A DNA stretch of 64,000 bases from Candidatus Latescibacterota bacterium. Lineage in GTDB: Bacteria > Latescibacterota > UBA2968 > UBA8231. The notes under the pieces are model-generated. The model did not search any database, was not told the origin of the DNA, and was given only the letters and a program-made list of their open reading frames with translations. Below, one piece after another: positions 28,238 to 38,073 of the stretch; the first letter of the stretch is position 1; every line of letters starts with the position of its first letter. The DNA lies in NCBI GenBank assembly GCA_965248265.1, contig CBDFJF010000001.1:1440001-1504000 (forward strand), written 5' to 3'. The position numbers and the translations under genes are program-made.

Positions 28238-29575
28238 TCAATCTATTCTGAAGAACGTTCCCGCGATGTGGCGGACGATCTGGACTTCCTCTATCGGTTC
28301 GTCCTGCTCCTTGGCGCAGAACCAATAGGCCACGAAGATTCGACCGTCCGGTAGCTCCGTCGGCATCTGGTAGCCCAGGTCGTAGCTGTAGCCATCGCCA
28401 CGCACGACGAACTCCTCGCTCCACGTCTCGCCCAGATCCTCGCTGATGACGCCGAGGATCCCGCGGCTGCCCAGGTTGGCGGTACGCCGGGCAAAGAGCA
28501 CGAGAATGCGACCGTCCCGCAGCACCAGGGCCGAGGGACACCGCCATCGATTGGCGAGCGCCACATCGTTCAACGGGCGCTCCGGCTCTGGATCGGCCAT
28601 GTTCCCGAATTGATTCCCCGGGCTGGTGAAGAAGCGGGGTGGTGACCAGGTCATGCCGTCGTCGTCGGAAAAGGCGACGCAGGGCATTTCCGGAGGGATC
28701 TGGTACATACAGCACATCAGGCGTCCGTCGGGCAGCCGATGCACGCCGCCGTAGGTGTAGCCGTATTTGTCGACACCCGGTGCGTTACGGATGAGGTGGG
28801 GGCTGACGCGGACCACTTCGCTGCAGTACTCCCACGAGATGCCGTTGTCGTAGCTGACATAGTAGCACAGGGCGTGGCGCCAGTAGATGGCACCGACGAT
28901 ACCCAGGACACCGTTGTCGAAGCGGACATGACCCAGATTGACTCCCAACCACCCACCGTCAGGGGCCCAGACCGGGTGGTCGATCGCGGTGGCGTGTTGT
29001 TCCCAGGTGCGCCCCCGGTCCCTGCTGCGCAGACTGAATGACGGCGGGTGTTTCCGGTGACCCAGGTCAAAACCGCCGTCCGAGCCGATCGTACCGATAG
29101 GCGGTTTCAGATAGACCCCGTGGCAGAAGTGGATGATCGAGTCCGTCTCGCCCAGATCGATCTCTTCGCGCTCGGCACGGGGTCTGGGCCGCAACCAGTC
29201 GAGAATCTCGTCGGTCGTGCGATCGTTGTTCCAGATCCACTGACGCTCCTCGTCCGGCCAGGTCTCGCCGTTGTCGAAGGAACGGCTGATGATGCAGCCC
29301 GATTCACTTCCCCAACGCTCGTGCCGACTCCACATGCTGCGGGGGCCGCCGCAGTGCCGGCTCCAGCGCTGGTTGGGACCGTCCTTCATAACGCTGTAGT
29401 CCATGGGCACGGCCAAGTAGGCCACGGCGATCTCGCCATCGCCGAAATTCCAAATGCCGCCTCGGTTGGTGGCATACAGGTACATGTTTTCATCGCGATG
29501 GACGATCATGTGGCGCACATCCTCGAGCGCCACTCTGCGCACGCCCACGGTTCGCTTCGGCGAATCTCCTCTCAT
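28238..29575 (-). CDS. Asp-box (BNR) sialidase-like protein
   Basis: SFDNGETW, SRDRGRTW, SYDNGISW, SDDDGMTW, SEDLGETW; DLGY...LPDGRI. Confidence 0.8.
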   Translation of the reverse strand: MRGDSPKRTVGVRRVALEDVRHMIVHRDENMYLYATNRGGIWNFGDGEIAVAYLAVPMDYSVMKDGPNQRWSRHCGGPRSMWSRHERWGSESGCIISRSFDNGETWPDEERQWIWNNDRTTDEILDWLRPRPRAEREEIDLGETDSIIHFCHGVYLKPPIGTIGSDGGFDLGHRKHPPSFSLRSRDRGRTWEQHATAIDHPVWAPDGGWLGVNLGHVRFDNGVLGIVGAIYWRHALCYYVSYDNGISWEYCSEVVRVSPHLIRNAPGVDKYGYTYGGVHRLPDGRLMCCMYQIPPEMPCVAFSDDDGMTWSPPRFFTSPGNQFGNMADPEPERPLNDVALANRWRCPSALVLRDGRILVLFARRTANLGSRGILGVISEDLGETWSEEFVVRGDGYSYDLGYQMPTELPDGRIFVAYWFCAKEQDEPIEEVQIVRHIAGTFFRID

Positions 29576-29597
29576 GACTCGTTCTCCCACGGATCAG

Positions 29598-30623
29598 TCA
29601 GTCCTGCCACAACACGACTCCCATGTGATAGCGCTGGTGCGTGGCTATGCGCTGGCAGTAGTACGCGGTGATGATGGTGCCGTCCGCCAACTGTACGCTG
29701 GAGGGGTACCCACCGTCCACTCCGCCCGGACTGGCGTTGGCGCGGTTGACGGTCGTGTTGAAGAGAACCCGCGGGGCATCCCAACTCAAACCCTCGTCCC
29801 TACTCACGCGAGCGCACACGCCGAGCATGCCCCTGTTGCGCACACCGTAGGTCAGCAGGATCGCCCCGTCCTGCAACGCACACAGGTGCGCCGGCATCTG
29901 CAGCGCCAGCGTGACCGGCCCACGATTTGTCCAGGTCTGCCCGCAGTCGTCGGAGGCGAACATGAAGGTCTCTCCACCCCCGGTTGATCTGGCGGCAGCC
30001 AGAATCTTGTCATCTCCCAGGTAGAGTAGATCGGTCTCGTTGTACCTGTCCGCCCCGATCAACCGCGCATCCCCCCAACTGCGACCATCGTCCTCGCTGA
30101 AATAGATCCAGGCGCTGTCCCTGCCGCCTTCCTCCATGGAGTAGCAGGACACACCCAGGCGCCCTTGTGGGAGCTTGACCACATCGCCAAAGGGAATGGC
30201 ACCGGAGATGTTCGCGGGCACGGTCACACTCGGCGTGCAGGACCAGGTCCTGCAACCATCCTCCGAGAGACAGACCATCGACTCCTGGTCCCCCTGCTCT
30301 TCGGGCGTCAGCGGTCGATTCAGGCGTTCGCCTCTGGGCGCGGCGAATTTGCGGCCAGCACAAAGAACCACGAACGCATTCGCGTGGGTCAGGCCGGCGG
30401 CCAGATCTCCCCGGCACGTTCCGGGCTCGTGGTGGACAGGAACGGACAGAAAGGACCAGAGCCTGCCCCCATCGTGGCTGATCCAACATTCGGAGGACCC
30501 TTCCCACAGCTGGTGGCACGGTTCGCCGAAAATGGTCGCCACGATGCTGCCGTCGGACAGCAAGGTGAGATTGGGCCAGGCGCACTTGTTGTCGATGGCG
30601 ATGTAGCGTTCGAGATTTTCCAT
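29598..30623 (-). CDS. Asp-box (BNR) sialidase-like protein
   Basis: AWPNL, SHDGGRLW, SEDDGRSW, SDDCGQTW, SRDEGLSW, DGGYPSSVQL. Confidence 0.85.
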   Translation of the reverse strand: MENLERYIAIDNKCAWPNLTLLSDGSIVATIFGEPCHQLWEGSSECWISHDGGRLWSFLSVPVHHEPGTCRGDLAAGLTHANAFVVLCAGRKFAAPRGERLNRPLTPEEQGDQESMVCLSEDGCRTWSCTPSVTVPANISGAIPFGDVVKLPQGRLGVSCYSMEEGGRDSAWIYFSEDDGRSWGDARLIGADRYNETDLLYLGDDKILAAARSTGGGETFMFASDDCGQTWTNRGPVTLALQMPAHLCALQDGAILLTYGVRNRGMLGVCARVSRDEGLSWDAPRVLFNTTVNRANASPGGVDGGYPSSVQLADGTIITAYYCQRIATHQRYHMGVVLWQD

Positions 30624-30647
30624 CCGATGTCTCGATTTAGTTGCAAG

Positions 30648-32012
30648 TCAATATTGGCTGTCCTTGTTGGTAAGCGGACACCACCTCGCCGTATTGAGAT
30701 GCCTGATCAACGTATCGGTAGCGTCCTCCGTGCCGATGCGCTGCAACGCCAGCGCCGCCTTCGCCCGCACGTAGCGACTCTCGTGGCGCAGGTACCGGGC
30801 AAGTCTCGGCGCGGCCTCGGCCGCCTGAGCCCCCAGCTTCGCCAGTGCCAGTAGAGAGTCGCGGACCACCCAGTCCTCAGAATCGTCGAGCGCGTCGATG
30901 AGTGACGGGACCGCGGTCGCCGCCGCGTCACCGACGTTGCCGAGTGCGCGGGCGGCGTACATGCGTACATCGCCGTTCTCGTCCTTGAGTGCGGTCTGCA
31001 GGGTTCCGGTCGCCGGTGCCGCAGGGCGGCCCATGTCGCCCAGGGCATCTACGGCGACAGCTCTGGTCTCGACGCGCGCAGCGCCGGCCGCTTCCTCGAG
31101 CGCCGGCACTGCGGCCCGGCCGATTGCCGCGAGACTGTAACCGGAGTTGCGCCGCAAATCCTCGTCGTCGGACGACAACCGCGTGATCAGCTCAGGTACC
31201 GCTCGTGCGCCCATGCCAGCCAGCGAATAAGCGGCCTGAAAGGAGGTGGTCTCATTGGCATCTTCGAGTCGTCCCATCAGTTCCGCGACGTCGCCGTCAC
31301 CCTCCCCATCAGAGCCGTTGCCAGTGCCGCCGGCACTCCACTCCCACATGGTTTTCCACATGCCATTGCGGCGGTCGTCTGCATCCTGCCAGTTGAGGTC
31401 GTCACAATCCCAGGCCGGTGCGACAGGTTCCTCCAAGCGCGTAAAGAGGAACTTGTACATGAAGCGCTGCCCGTTGCCGATTTTCTCGGATCGGCGATGC
31501 CACAGATCGTAGTGAACGACAGTGACGGAGCCGGCAGCTCCGCAAAAAGGCGTCTCTTCCCCCACCTCGGCGTCCGGCTCGTGGTTGTAGTACTGGGACC
31601 CCGGGAACACGTTGGTGGGGCCGAGCTCGACGTTCGTTTTCTGCGGATAGTAGAAAATCTGGCAGCGGCGGGTACGGTGACCCTCGTTGCGACCGTCTTT
31701 GTGCAGGGGCGATTGCGCTTCGGCGCCAACCGGGCGGCGGTGACAATAACGGTTCGCGTTCAGCACGTACCCGGGCCCCAGAACGCTGCTGAGCGTGCCC
31801 GCGACCTTGGGATGGTCCAAGACCTCCTGCAGCTCCGGAATAACCGCCATGATGTTGTTTCCCGGATTGCCCGCCGTTTCCATCACATGCTCCGTCCGCT
31901 CAAAGACGGTCTCGTGAAAACCGGCGGGCATGTCGGCATCGAGCGTGATGAAACCCCTGCGGATAAACTCCCGCATGCTCTCGTCGCTCAACAGTTCCTG
32001 ATCGTTTACCAT
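30648..32012 (-). CDS. PhyH-family dioxygenase domain fused to HEAT/PBS-lyase repeats
   Basis: LHKD...GPTNVFPGS...LWHR facial triad; C-terminal repeats such as ALKDENGDVRMYAARALG and ALDDSEDWVVRDSLLAL. Confidence 0.85.
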   Translation of the reverse strand: MVNDQELLSDESMREFIRRGFITLDADMPAGFHETVFERTEHVMETAGNPGNNIMAVIPELQEVLDHPKVAGTLSSVLGPGYVLNANRYCHRRPVGAEAQSPLHKDGRNEGHRTRRCQIFYYPQKTNVELGPTNVFPGSQYYNHEPDAEVGEETPFCGAAGSVTVVHYDLWHRRSEKIGNGQRFMYKFLFTRLEEPVAPAWDCDDLNWQDADDRRNGMWKTMWEWSAGGTGNGSDGEGDGDVAELMGRLEDANETTSFQAAYSLAGMGARAVPELITRLSSDDEDLRRNSGYSLAAIGRAAVPALEEAAGAARVETRAVAVDALGDMGRPAAPATGTLQTALKDENGDVRMYAARALGNVGDAAATAVPSLIDALDDSEDWVVRDSLLALAKLGAQAAEAAPRLARYLRHESRYVRAKAALALQRIGTEDATDTLIRHLNTARWCPLTNKDSQY

Positions 32013-32263
32013 CTCAGCCTCATTACCTCCGAAGCAAGCGATGAACTGTTGCCGAAACGGCGATTACCAGGAGAAGTGCGCCCAGGGAAGAGAGGAAGAT
32101 TCCGAAGCCCGGGTCTCCGCCGTATATCACAACGCCGCCGAGAAAGAATCCGGCCGGCAAGGCAATTGTTGCTCGTGACAACCAACGAATCCGATGATCA
32201 GTGCGAGTGTGTAGGCACTCCCTTTCATAAGGGGTGTTGTCGGTAGTCTAGTTTCAGAGCGAG

Positions 32264-33064
32264 CTATATTCCTTCGTCGGCCTCCGCCCACGCACCCTTG
32301 CACATGAGTCCGCCGTCACAGTTTACATTGTCGCCGGTCATGAACGAAGCCTTGTCGCTGGCCAGAAAGAGCACAAGGTTGGCGATCTCGGAGGGTTGCC
32401 CGATGCGGCCCAACGGATGTCCGGCAGCGATACTCTTTCTCGCCTGCTCTTCCTCCTGCGGGCTCAACCCCTTGAGCGATTCCTGTACCATCGGAGTCTC
32501 GATCGTGCCCGGGTTGACCGCCAGAACGCGAATGTTGTCCGCCGCGTATTCAAGCGCCAGCTGCTTGGTCAACGTCAGAATGCCGCCCTTGCTCGCGGCG
32601 TAGGCCGCCACGCCCTTCATCGACTGCAGTCCCTGAACGCTGGCCGTGTTGATGATGGCGCCGCCGCCGCGCTTCACGAGTTCGGGTACGCAGTGCTTCG
32701 TCATCAGGAAGTAACTCTTCAAGTTGACGGCGATAATCTGGTCCCAGCTCTCTTCAGGCAGTTCGTGGGCAGGCAGATAACTGTCCATCGGTTGAATGCC
32801 CACGTTGTTGCACAGCACATCGACGCCACCGAACTCGGATGCAGCCATCTGCACGGCTGATTCGCATTCCGCGTTGACGGTGACATCCGTCTTGCGGAAC
32901 AGAAGCTGGTCATGACGGCCGGCGAGCTCTTCTCCTGCACTCTCATCGACATCGAGGCACAGTACCTTGGCCCCGTCTCCGGCGAAAGCATCGCAGATTC
33001 CCCTGCCGATGCCCTTGGCACCGCCGGTAACGATAACGGATTTCCCGTGATGCTCTCCTGGCAT
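32264..33064 (-). CDS. Short-chain dehydrogenase/reductase
   Basis: TGGAKGIG, NNVG, YAASK, PGTIETP. Confidence 0.92.
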   Translation of the reverse strand: MPGEHHGKSVIVTGGAKGIGRGICDAFAGDGAKVLCLDVDESAGEELAGRHDQLLFRKTDVTVNAECESAVQMAASEFGGVDVLCNNVGIQPMDSYLPAHELPEESWDQIIAVNLKSYFLMTKHCVPELVKRGGGAIINTASVQGLQSMKGVAAYAASKGGILTLTKQLALEYAADNIRVLAVNPGTIETPMVQESLKGLSPQEEEQARKSIAAGHPLGRIGQPSEIANLVLFLASDKASFMTGDNVNCDGGLMCKGAWAEADEGI

Positions 33065-33133
33065 GATTCTACCCTATTCCTTTCGCGGAGCTCGCACCCG
33101 AACTCGTACCATCGTAGGCGAGGATGCTGTACT

Positions 33134-33532
33134 CTACTTTGCGTAATCGGACCGCAAACTCAATACGTGGATCTGAGCATTGACTCCGTAATTCGACCAG
33201 TCGTTCATTACGGCGCGCACGCCGTCGCTGTCGAAATAGGCGGTGGCGTCCGCGATGCTGGCGAACTCCGCTTCGATGAAACGATTCGGAGAGGCTCCGT
33301 GGTAGTTGTCGTAGGAGGCCATGCTCATCAATTCGGGGGGAGCTTTCAAAGCTGGCGCCGCCGACTTCACCCACTCGATGTAGTCTGCTTTCCCACCGAT
33401 GGGATAGTCTACGGTCAGCAGATACTTGATTGCCGCCCGTTGTGATCCGGATTCCGCGTGGGCGTCTTTGACGCCATCGAGGATGACAACCTGGATGGCA
33501 AGAGCAAGCACTGCCCCCGCAGCCATGTACAT
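33134..33532 (-). CDS. Hypothetical exported protein, possible dimeric alpha+beta barrel (EthD-like)
   Basis: GGGAGG SD; hydrophobic N-terminus ending AHA; EAEFASIADATAYF pattern. Confidence 0.55.
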   Translation of the reverse strand: MYMAAGAVLALAIQVVILDGVKDAHAESGSQRAAIKYLLTVDYPIGGKADYIEWVKSAAPALKAPPELMSMASYDNYHGASPNRFIEAEFASIADATAYFDSDGVRAVMNDWSNYGVNAQIHVLSLRSDYAK

Positions 33533-33633
33533 CAGTTTCGCCCTCCCATAGCGTGTGAATCCGGCACTCGTACTCGGCGGATATTGTCGGTAGTGTAGGG
33601 AGTTTCGCAGGGGTCTCCAAGGCAGATCTCTCG

Positions 33634-34120
33634 TCAACTGGCCCCGATCGCTTCGATCACCTCATCCGTCGACATGACATCGCCGCAGTCGATATCGATA
33701 TCCAGCAGATTGACTTCGTGCATGAGCTCACAACGCTCGCCAACCGCTTCCCTGGGCACGACAACGCGAAAGGCGCTGCAGCCGTCGCGACAAGTGGCGT
33801 ACACGCAGTGACTGGTGCTGACCCCGGTGACGATGAGCGTATCCACGCCGAGCACGGTCAGCATATTCTGGAAATTGGTGCTGTTGAAGACCGAGGCGTA
33901 GGGTTTGTAGATGATTTTCTCGGTCCGGCGCCTGCCCAATCTCGGATCGAGTCCCAAGGTTCGGTCCTTGTCAGGATCGTATTCGGACCACCCCGGTGCC
34001 TTGCGATGCCGAGGTGGGTCCGCGGGATCGTTCGGGGACGTCGTACGGAGCACGGAGTTCCTCTGGCACACGCAGTTCCGGTGTGCCGCTGTTGTAGTCG
34101 GGTGAAAACAGTTCAGACAT
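33634..34120 (-). pseudogene. Isochorismatase/cysteine hydrolase with internal deletion and frameshift
   Basis: Strong SD GAGGAGGGAG plus ATG 34120 (MSELFSPDY...) is out of frame with the C-terminal half (KPYASVF, GVSTSHCVYAT). The catalytic-Asp strand is absent; total length 487 nt. Confidence 0.7.
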
Positions 34121-34242
34121 GGGGGTCTCCCTCCTCGTTGTTCGCGAGCCAGTTCGGCGATCGCCGTCTTCGCGTGCCTTATCTAACTTACTCTCTGTCC
34201 AGCTGCAAGAGTCAGGCAACGATCACTCGGAAAGGACACGAT

Positions 34243-36279
34243 TTGACCTCATCCACGCCTCCAACCAGGGGCACGGAGATTCTCTGGGACACCTACGGTG
34301 TTCCCCACATCTTCGCACCCGACCACGCAAGTCTCTTCTACGCATATGGCTACGCTCAGATGCAGGCACATGCTGAACTCCTCATACGGCTCTACGCACA
34401 GGCCCGTGGTCGCGCCGCTGAATTCTATGGCGAGGAGTACCTGGATGAGGATCGCTGGGTGCGCACGAATGGCATCCCGGAACGCGCCAGGGAATGGGCT
34501 GCTCAACAGAGCCTCGAGTTTGCCCCACTGCTACAGGCATTCGCCGCCGGATTGAATGCCAGGGCAGCCGAGCAGATCGAACTACTCACGGCGGATGCCA
34601 GAGCGGTCCTGCCTCTCACTGTGGATGACATCCTCGCCCACGGCATGCGCGTCATTAACTTCGGCTGGCTCGTCAACGCGGACAGCGTCCAGACCCGGGC
34701 AAACGGCCTGATCAAACCACCTTCGGGGTCCAACGGATGGGCCATCTCCCCGGACAACACCGCTTCCGGCAATGCCATGCTGCTGAGTAATTCCCATCTG
34801 GGATGGGGCGATAAGCACACCTACTTCGAAGTACAGCTGACCGCTCCGGGCGTCACCTCCTACGGCGCCGTCTGGGTCGGCTTCCCCACACTGCGACTGT
34901 GCTTCACCGACCACATCGGCTGGACCCAGACGACGAACAGCCCGAACCTGGCCGATCTCTATCAGCTGACGCTCCATGATGACGGTTATGTGCTGGATGG
35001 AGAAACACGGTCCTTCGAGGTGGAGCATCAGGTCATCAAAGTACAACAGGAGGATGGCAGACTCCGCGAGGAACCGCTGACGATCCGCCACTCGCTACAC
35101 GGTCCCGTGGTTGTCGATCGCGATGATGTGACCGTGGCGGTGCGAGTCACGGGGATGAAGCGACCGCGCATGTTCGAGCAGTTCTGGCGCATGGGACTGG
35201 CGCAAGATCTCGAGCAATTTCAGGACGCCATGCGCCTGCAGCAGCTGCCCCTGTTCAACACCATGTACGCGGATCGCGACGGCCACATCATGTACCTGTA
35301 CAATGCCGCATCGCCGGTTCGTCCCCGGGGGGATCACAGCTTCTGGGCCGGAGTCGTTCCCGGCGACGCTTCCGACCTCATCTGGTCAGAGGCGATCGTG
35401 CCGTACGATGAATTGCCTAAGATCATCGACCCCCCCAGCGGCTGGGTGCAAAACTGCAACGATTCACCCTGGACCTGCACCTACCCGATGGTACTTGAGC
35501 CGGAGATGTCTCCTGCCTATGTCGCGCCGCCACCCAGTCTGGGCCCGCGAGCGCAGCGCAGCATCCGGCTGCTGTCACAGACGGACGAAATCAGTCTCGC
35601 CGATTTGAAGCAGATGAAACTCTCAACGCATGTAGAACTCGCCGATCACTTTGTCGATGACCTGGTGACGGCCGCCAGGCAGCTGGGTGGCGAGAGAGCT
35701 CAGAGAGCCGCCGATATTCTGGCTAAGTGGGACCGCGAGACTGAGAGCCGGAGCGACGGTGCCTTCCTGTTCTACCGTTTCGCGGAAGCAGCTGGCGAAA
35801 ACTTCGATGCCATTGGCGGCTATGAAACCCTCCCCGATCCCCGACAACCATTGACGACACCCCGTGGCTTCGCTGATCCGGTGCGGGCCGTCACCCTCCT
35901 CGATGCAAAGGCGGAGCAGCTGGAGAGTGACTACGGAACCCTCCACGTGCTCTGGGGCGACGTCATCCGTTTGCGCCGCGTCGACCTGGACCTGCCGGGC
36001 AACGGCGCCCCCAGCACGATGGGGGCCATCAGAACAGCTGCCCCGGGGCCCTTCGAGGACGGAACAGCGCAGGTCGAAAGTGGCGACACCTTCTACTTTG
36101 TCATGGAGTTTGCAAACCCACTCAGGGGTGAAGCACTGCTCGGCTACGGCAACTGGTCACTCGAGGGATCGAAGCACGTCACCGACCAGCTGGAGATGGC
36201 ATCGAACAAGCAGATGCGGCCGATCCTACGACAACGTCAGGAAATCGAAGCCGCTTTGAAAAATCACAAGGTGTTTTAG
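34243..36279 (+). CDS. Penicillin acylase family Ntn-hydrolase
   Basis: WDTYGVPHIFA, catalytic SNGWAI, NSHL, HGPVV, YADRDG, QNCND; TTG start after AAAGGA. Confidence 0.9.
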   Translation: MTSSTPPTRGTEILWDTYGVPHIFAPDHASLFYAYGYAQMQAHAELLIRLYAQARGRAAEFYGEEYLDEDRWVRTNGIPERAREWAAQQSLEFAPLLQAFAAGLNARAAEQIELLTADARAVLPLTVDDILAHGMRVINFGWLVNADSVQTRANGLIKPPSGSNGWAISPDNTASGNAMLLSNSHLGWGDKHTYFEVQLTAPGVTSYGAVWVGFPTLRLCFTDHIGWTQTTNSPNLADLYQLTLHDDGYVLDGETRSFEVEHQVIKVQQEDGRLREEPLTIRHSLHGPVVVDRDDVTVAVRVTGMKRPRMFEQFWRMGLAQDLEQFQDAMRLQQLPLFNTMYADRDGHIMYLYNAASPVRPRGDHSFWAGVVPGDASDLIWSEAIVPYDELPKIIDPPSGWVQNCNDSPWTCTYPMVLEPEMSPAYVAPPPSLGPRAQRSIRLLSQTDEISLADLKQMKLSTHVELADHFVDDLVTAARQLGGERAQRAADILAKWDRETESRSDGAFLFYRFAEAAGENFDAIGGYETLPDPRQPLTTPRGFADPVRAVTLLDAKAEQLESDYGTLHVLWGDVIRLRRVDLDLPGNGAPSTMGAIRTAAPGPFEDGTAQVESGDTFYFVMEFANPLRGEALLGYGNWSLEGSKHVTDQLEMASNKQMRPILRQRQEIEAALKNHKVF

Positions 36280-36686
36280 TGTCGCTGACGTCTCCTCAGG
36301 AGATCAGCGTTGCTGAAGAACGGCTCGTAGTTCTCGACAAACTCCGCCATTGTTTCCGTCACCGTAGAGGATGATGTGTCGAGGACGATCCGCTTCTGGA
36401 TCAGCGACGCCTCGACTTCCTCCTCGAAACGCTCGAGCACATTGGCGATATCCTTCTCCTGCACGACCTGATGAGTGTGCGGCACCTCTCGCATGCGCCG
36501 GGCGATCACTTCAGCGTTGGCCTTGAACAGCACCAGCACCGTATTCGGCGACAGCTCGCTCGACGGCACGCTGAAGTGATCGTGGAAGTGACTCGTCTTT
36601 TCCAGCAATCGCTCCGCCCACTCCATCACTTCGGCCGCGATGGTCGATTTACCCGCGTACTCACAACCCACGAATACGAGATTCAT
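36276..36686 (-). CDS. P-loop (nucleotide kinase-like) protein, probably internally deleted
   Basis: GCEYAGKST Walker A, FHDHF, VLVLFKA...IARRM, VLDTS; only 136 aa; GAGGAG SD. Confidence 0.6.
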   Translation of the reverse strand: MNLVFVGCEYAGKSTIAAEVMEWAERLLEKTSHFHDHFSVPSSELSPNTVLVLFKANAEVIARRMREVPHTHQVVQEKDIANVLERFEEEVEASLIQKRIVLDTSSSTVTETMAEFVENYEPFFSNADLLRRRQRH

Positions 36687-36854
36687 GCGTCTCCTCTCAC
36701 GTGCCCTCTCGGTCAAATGTCTGTGTGACAGTCTGATGCTGAGTTGAGCTGTCCGCAAGGCAACCCTTTCTTGCCTTTCCCAAGCAGTTGGATTTGCTTT
36801 GCAGGTCATACGCGTCGCTGAGCAGGTCCGCTGCTGAACCGCTATCCCACCTCT

Positions 36855-38060
36855 ATGACGACACCCGACTCCTTGAGAGGCACTCCGAAGCGTCGCTCTC
36901 CAGTGCGCAAGGCGCTTTACGTTCTCTGGTTGGCCGCCCTCGTGTATAACGGGCTGGTCGGCAGTGTAGCTCTGTACAGCAGCATCTTTTCTCCACTTCT
37001 GATTGAAGATTCGGGCCGCATCACGGTCCAGAATGCCTACTTCGTCAAGGATCGATTGCTCGGCTGGAGAATGATGCCCAACCTCAGCGTTTCCTTGCAG
37101 GATTCCGAGAGCCAGCCGTCCACACCATACTGCACAACAGACGACCAGGGACTCAGAATCACGCCCGCTCGAAACGGCCGCGATACGGTCGTCTTGCTGG
37201 GCGATTCATTCGTGCAGGGCTACTATCTCTTCGATCGCGAGATTATCGGGACGCGTTTGAGCCAGAGAGCCGAGGTCAATGTGGTCAACGCTGGTGTCGG
37301 GGGCTATTCAACCGATCAGGAATACGTCTTGCTTACCCAGGTCCTGGAAGAGGAGCGTCCTTCCTGGGTAGTGCTTCTTTTCTCTGTCAACGATTTGCTC
37401 TATCTGGGCGAGAGCAAGGCGTGGGGCATGACTAAGCCGTATTTCGATGAAGTGGACGGCAAGGTCGACTTCAAGGCCATCCAGTACAACCTCACCAGAG
37501 AAGAAATGGAAGAACTGACGGCTGAAAAGCAGAAAATGGGTTTGGAGGTGGAGGGCTGCTGCATCCCCGATTTTTTCGATCGGGTGGTCGGCCGGGCGCG
37601 GAAAACCTACGGTTTCTTCCCCCGAATTGGTGCCAGCGCGTCCGAACTGCAAAGGCAAATTGCCTCCACACGCCCCGCAACAAGCTACCACTACCAGATC
37701 GCCGACGTCGACTTCTACTACTCCTCACCCGAAGCATACGTCAAGAAATGGGATCTCCTGTTCCAGTTTCTGACCCGTATCAGAGATATCGGTTTCGAAA
37801 AAGACTACCGTTTACTGGTTTTTTTCGTACCTGAGTTGGCTCAGATCGCACGGCCTGAACGGGATCATTTCCGGCCCCAGGATTATTTTAATGACAAGTG
37901 CATAAAAAATGGGATCGACTGCATTGATCCACATCTTCAATTCGTTGAAAAGCAGAGCCAGACCGATCTCTACTTCATGGACGAAGGGCATCTTTCACCG
38001 GCGGGTGCCGACCTGACAGCGCAGATCATCAGTCGCTACCTGCAATCGGTTTCCAACTAG
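36855..38060 (+). CDS. Membrane-anchored SGNH/GDSL hydrolase family protein
   Basis: N-terminal TM; LGDSF, NAGVGGY, NDL and DEGH blocks. Confidence 0.8.
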   Translation: MTTPDSLRGTPKRRSPVRKALYVLWLAALVYNGLVGSVALYSSIFSPLLIEDSGRITVQNAYFVKDRLLGWRMMPNLSVSLQDSESQPSTPYCTTDDQGLRITPARNGRDTVVLLGDSFVQGYYLFDREIIGTRLSQRAEVNVVNAGVGGYSTDQEYVLLTQVLEEERPSWVVLLFSVNDLLYLGESKAWGMTKPYFDEVDGKVDFKAIQYNLTREEMEELTAEKQKMGLEVEGCCIPDFFDRVVGRARKTYGFFPRIGASASELQRQIASTRPATSYHYQIADVDFYYSSPEAYVKKWDLLFQFLTRIRDIGFEKDYRLLVFFVPELAQIARPERDHFRPQDYFNDKCIKNGIDCIDPHLQFVEKQSQTDLYFMDEGHLSPAGADLTAQIISRYLQSVSN

Positions 38061-38073
38061 TAGTACCTCGCGC

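Noticed and set aside
33718-34242. N-terminal 175 aa of the 853-aa acylase ORF
   Set aside because: Antisense to the isochorismatase remnant; family similarity starts near 34243.
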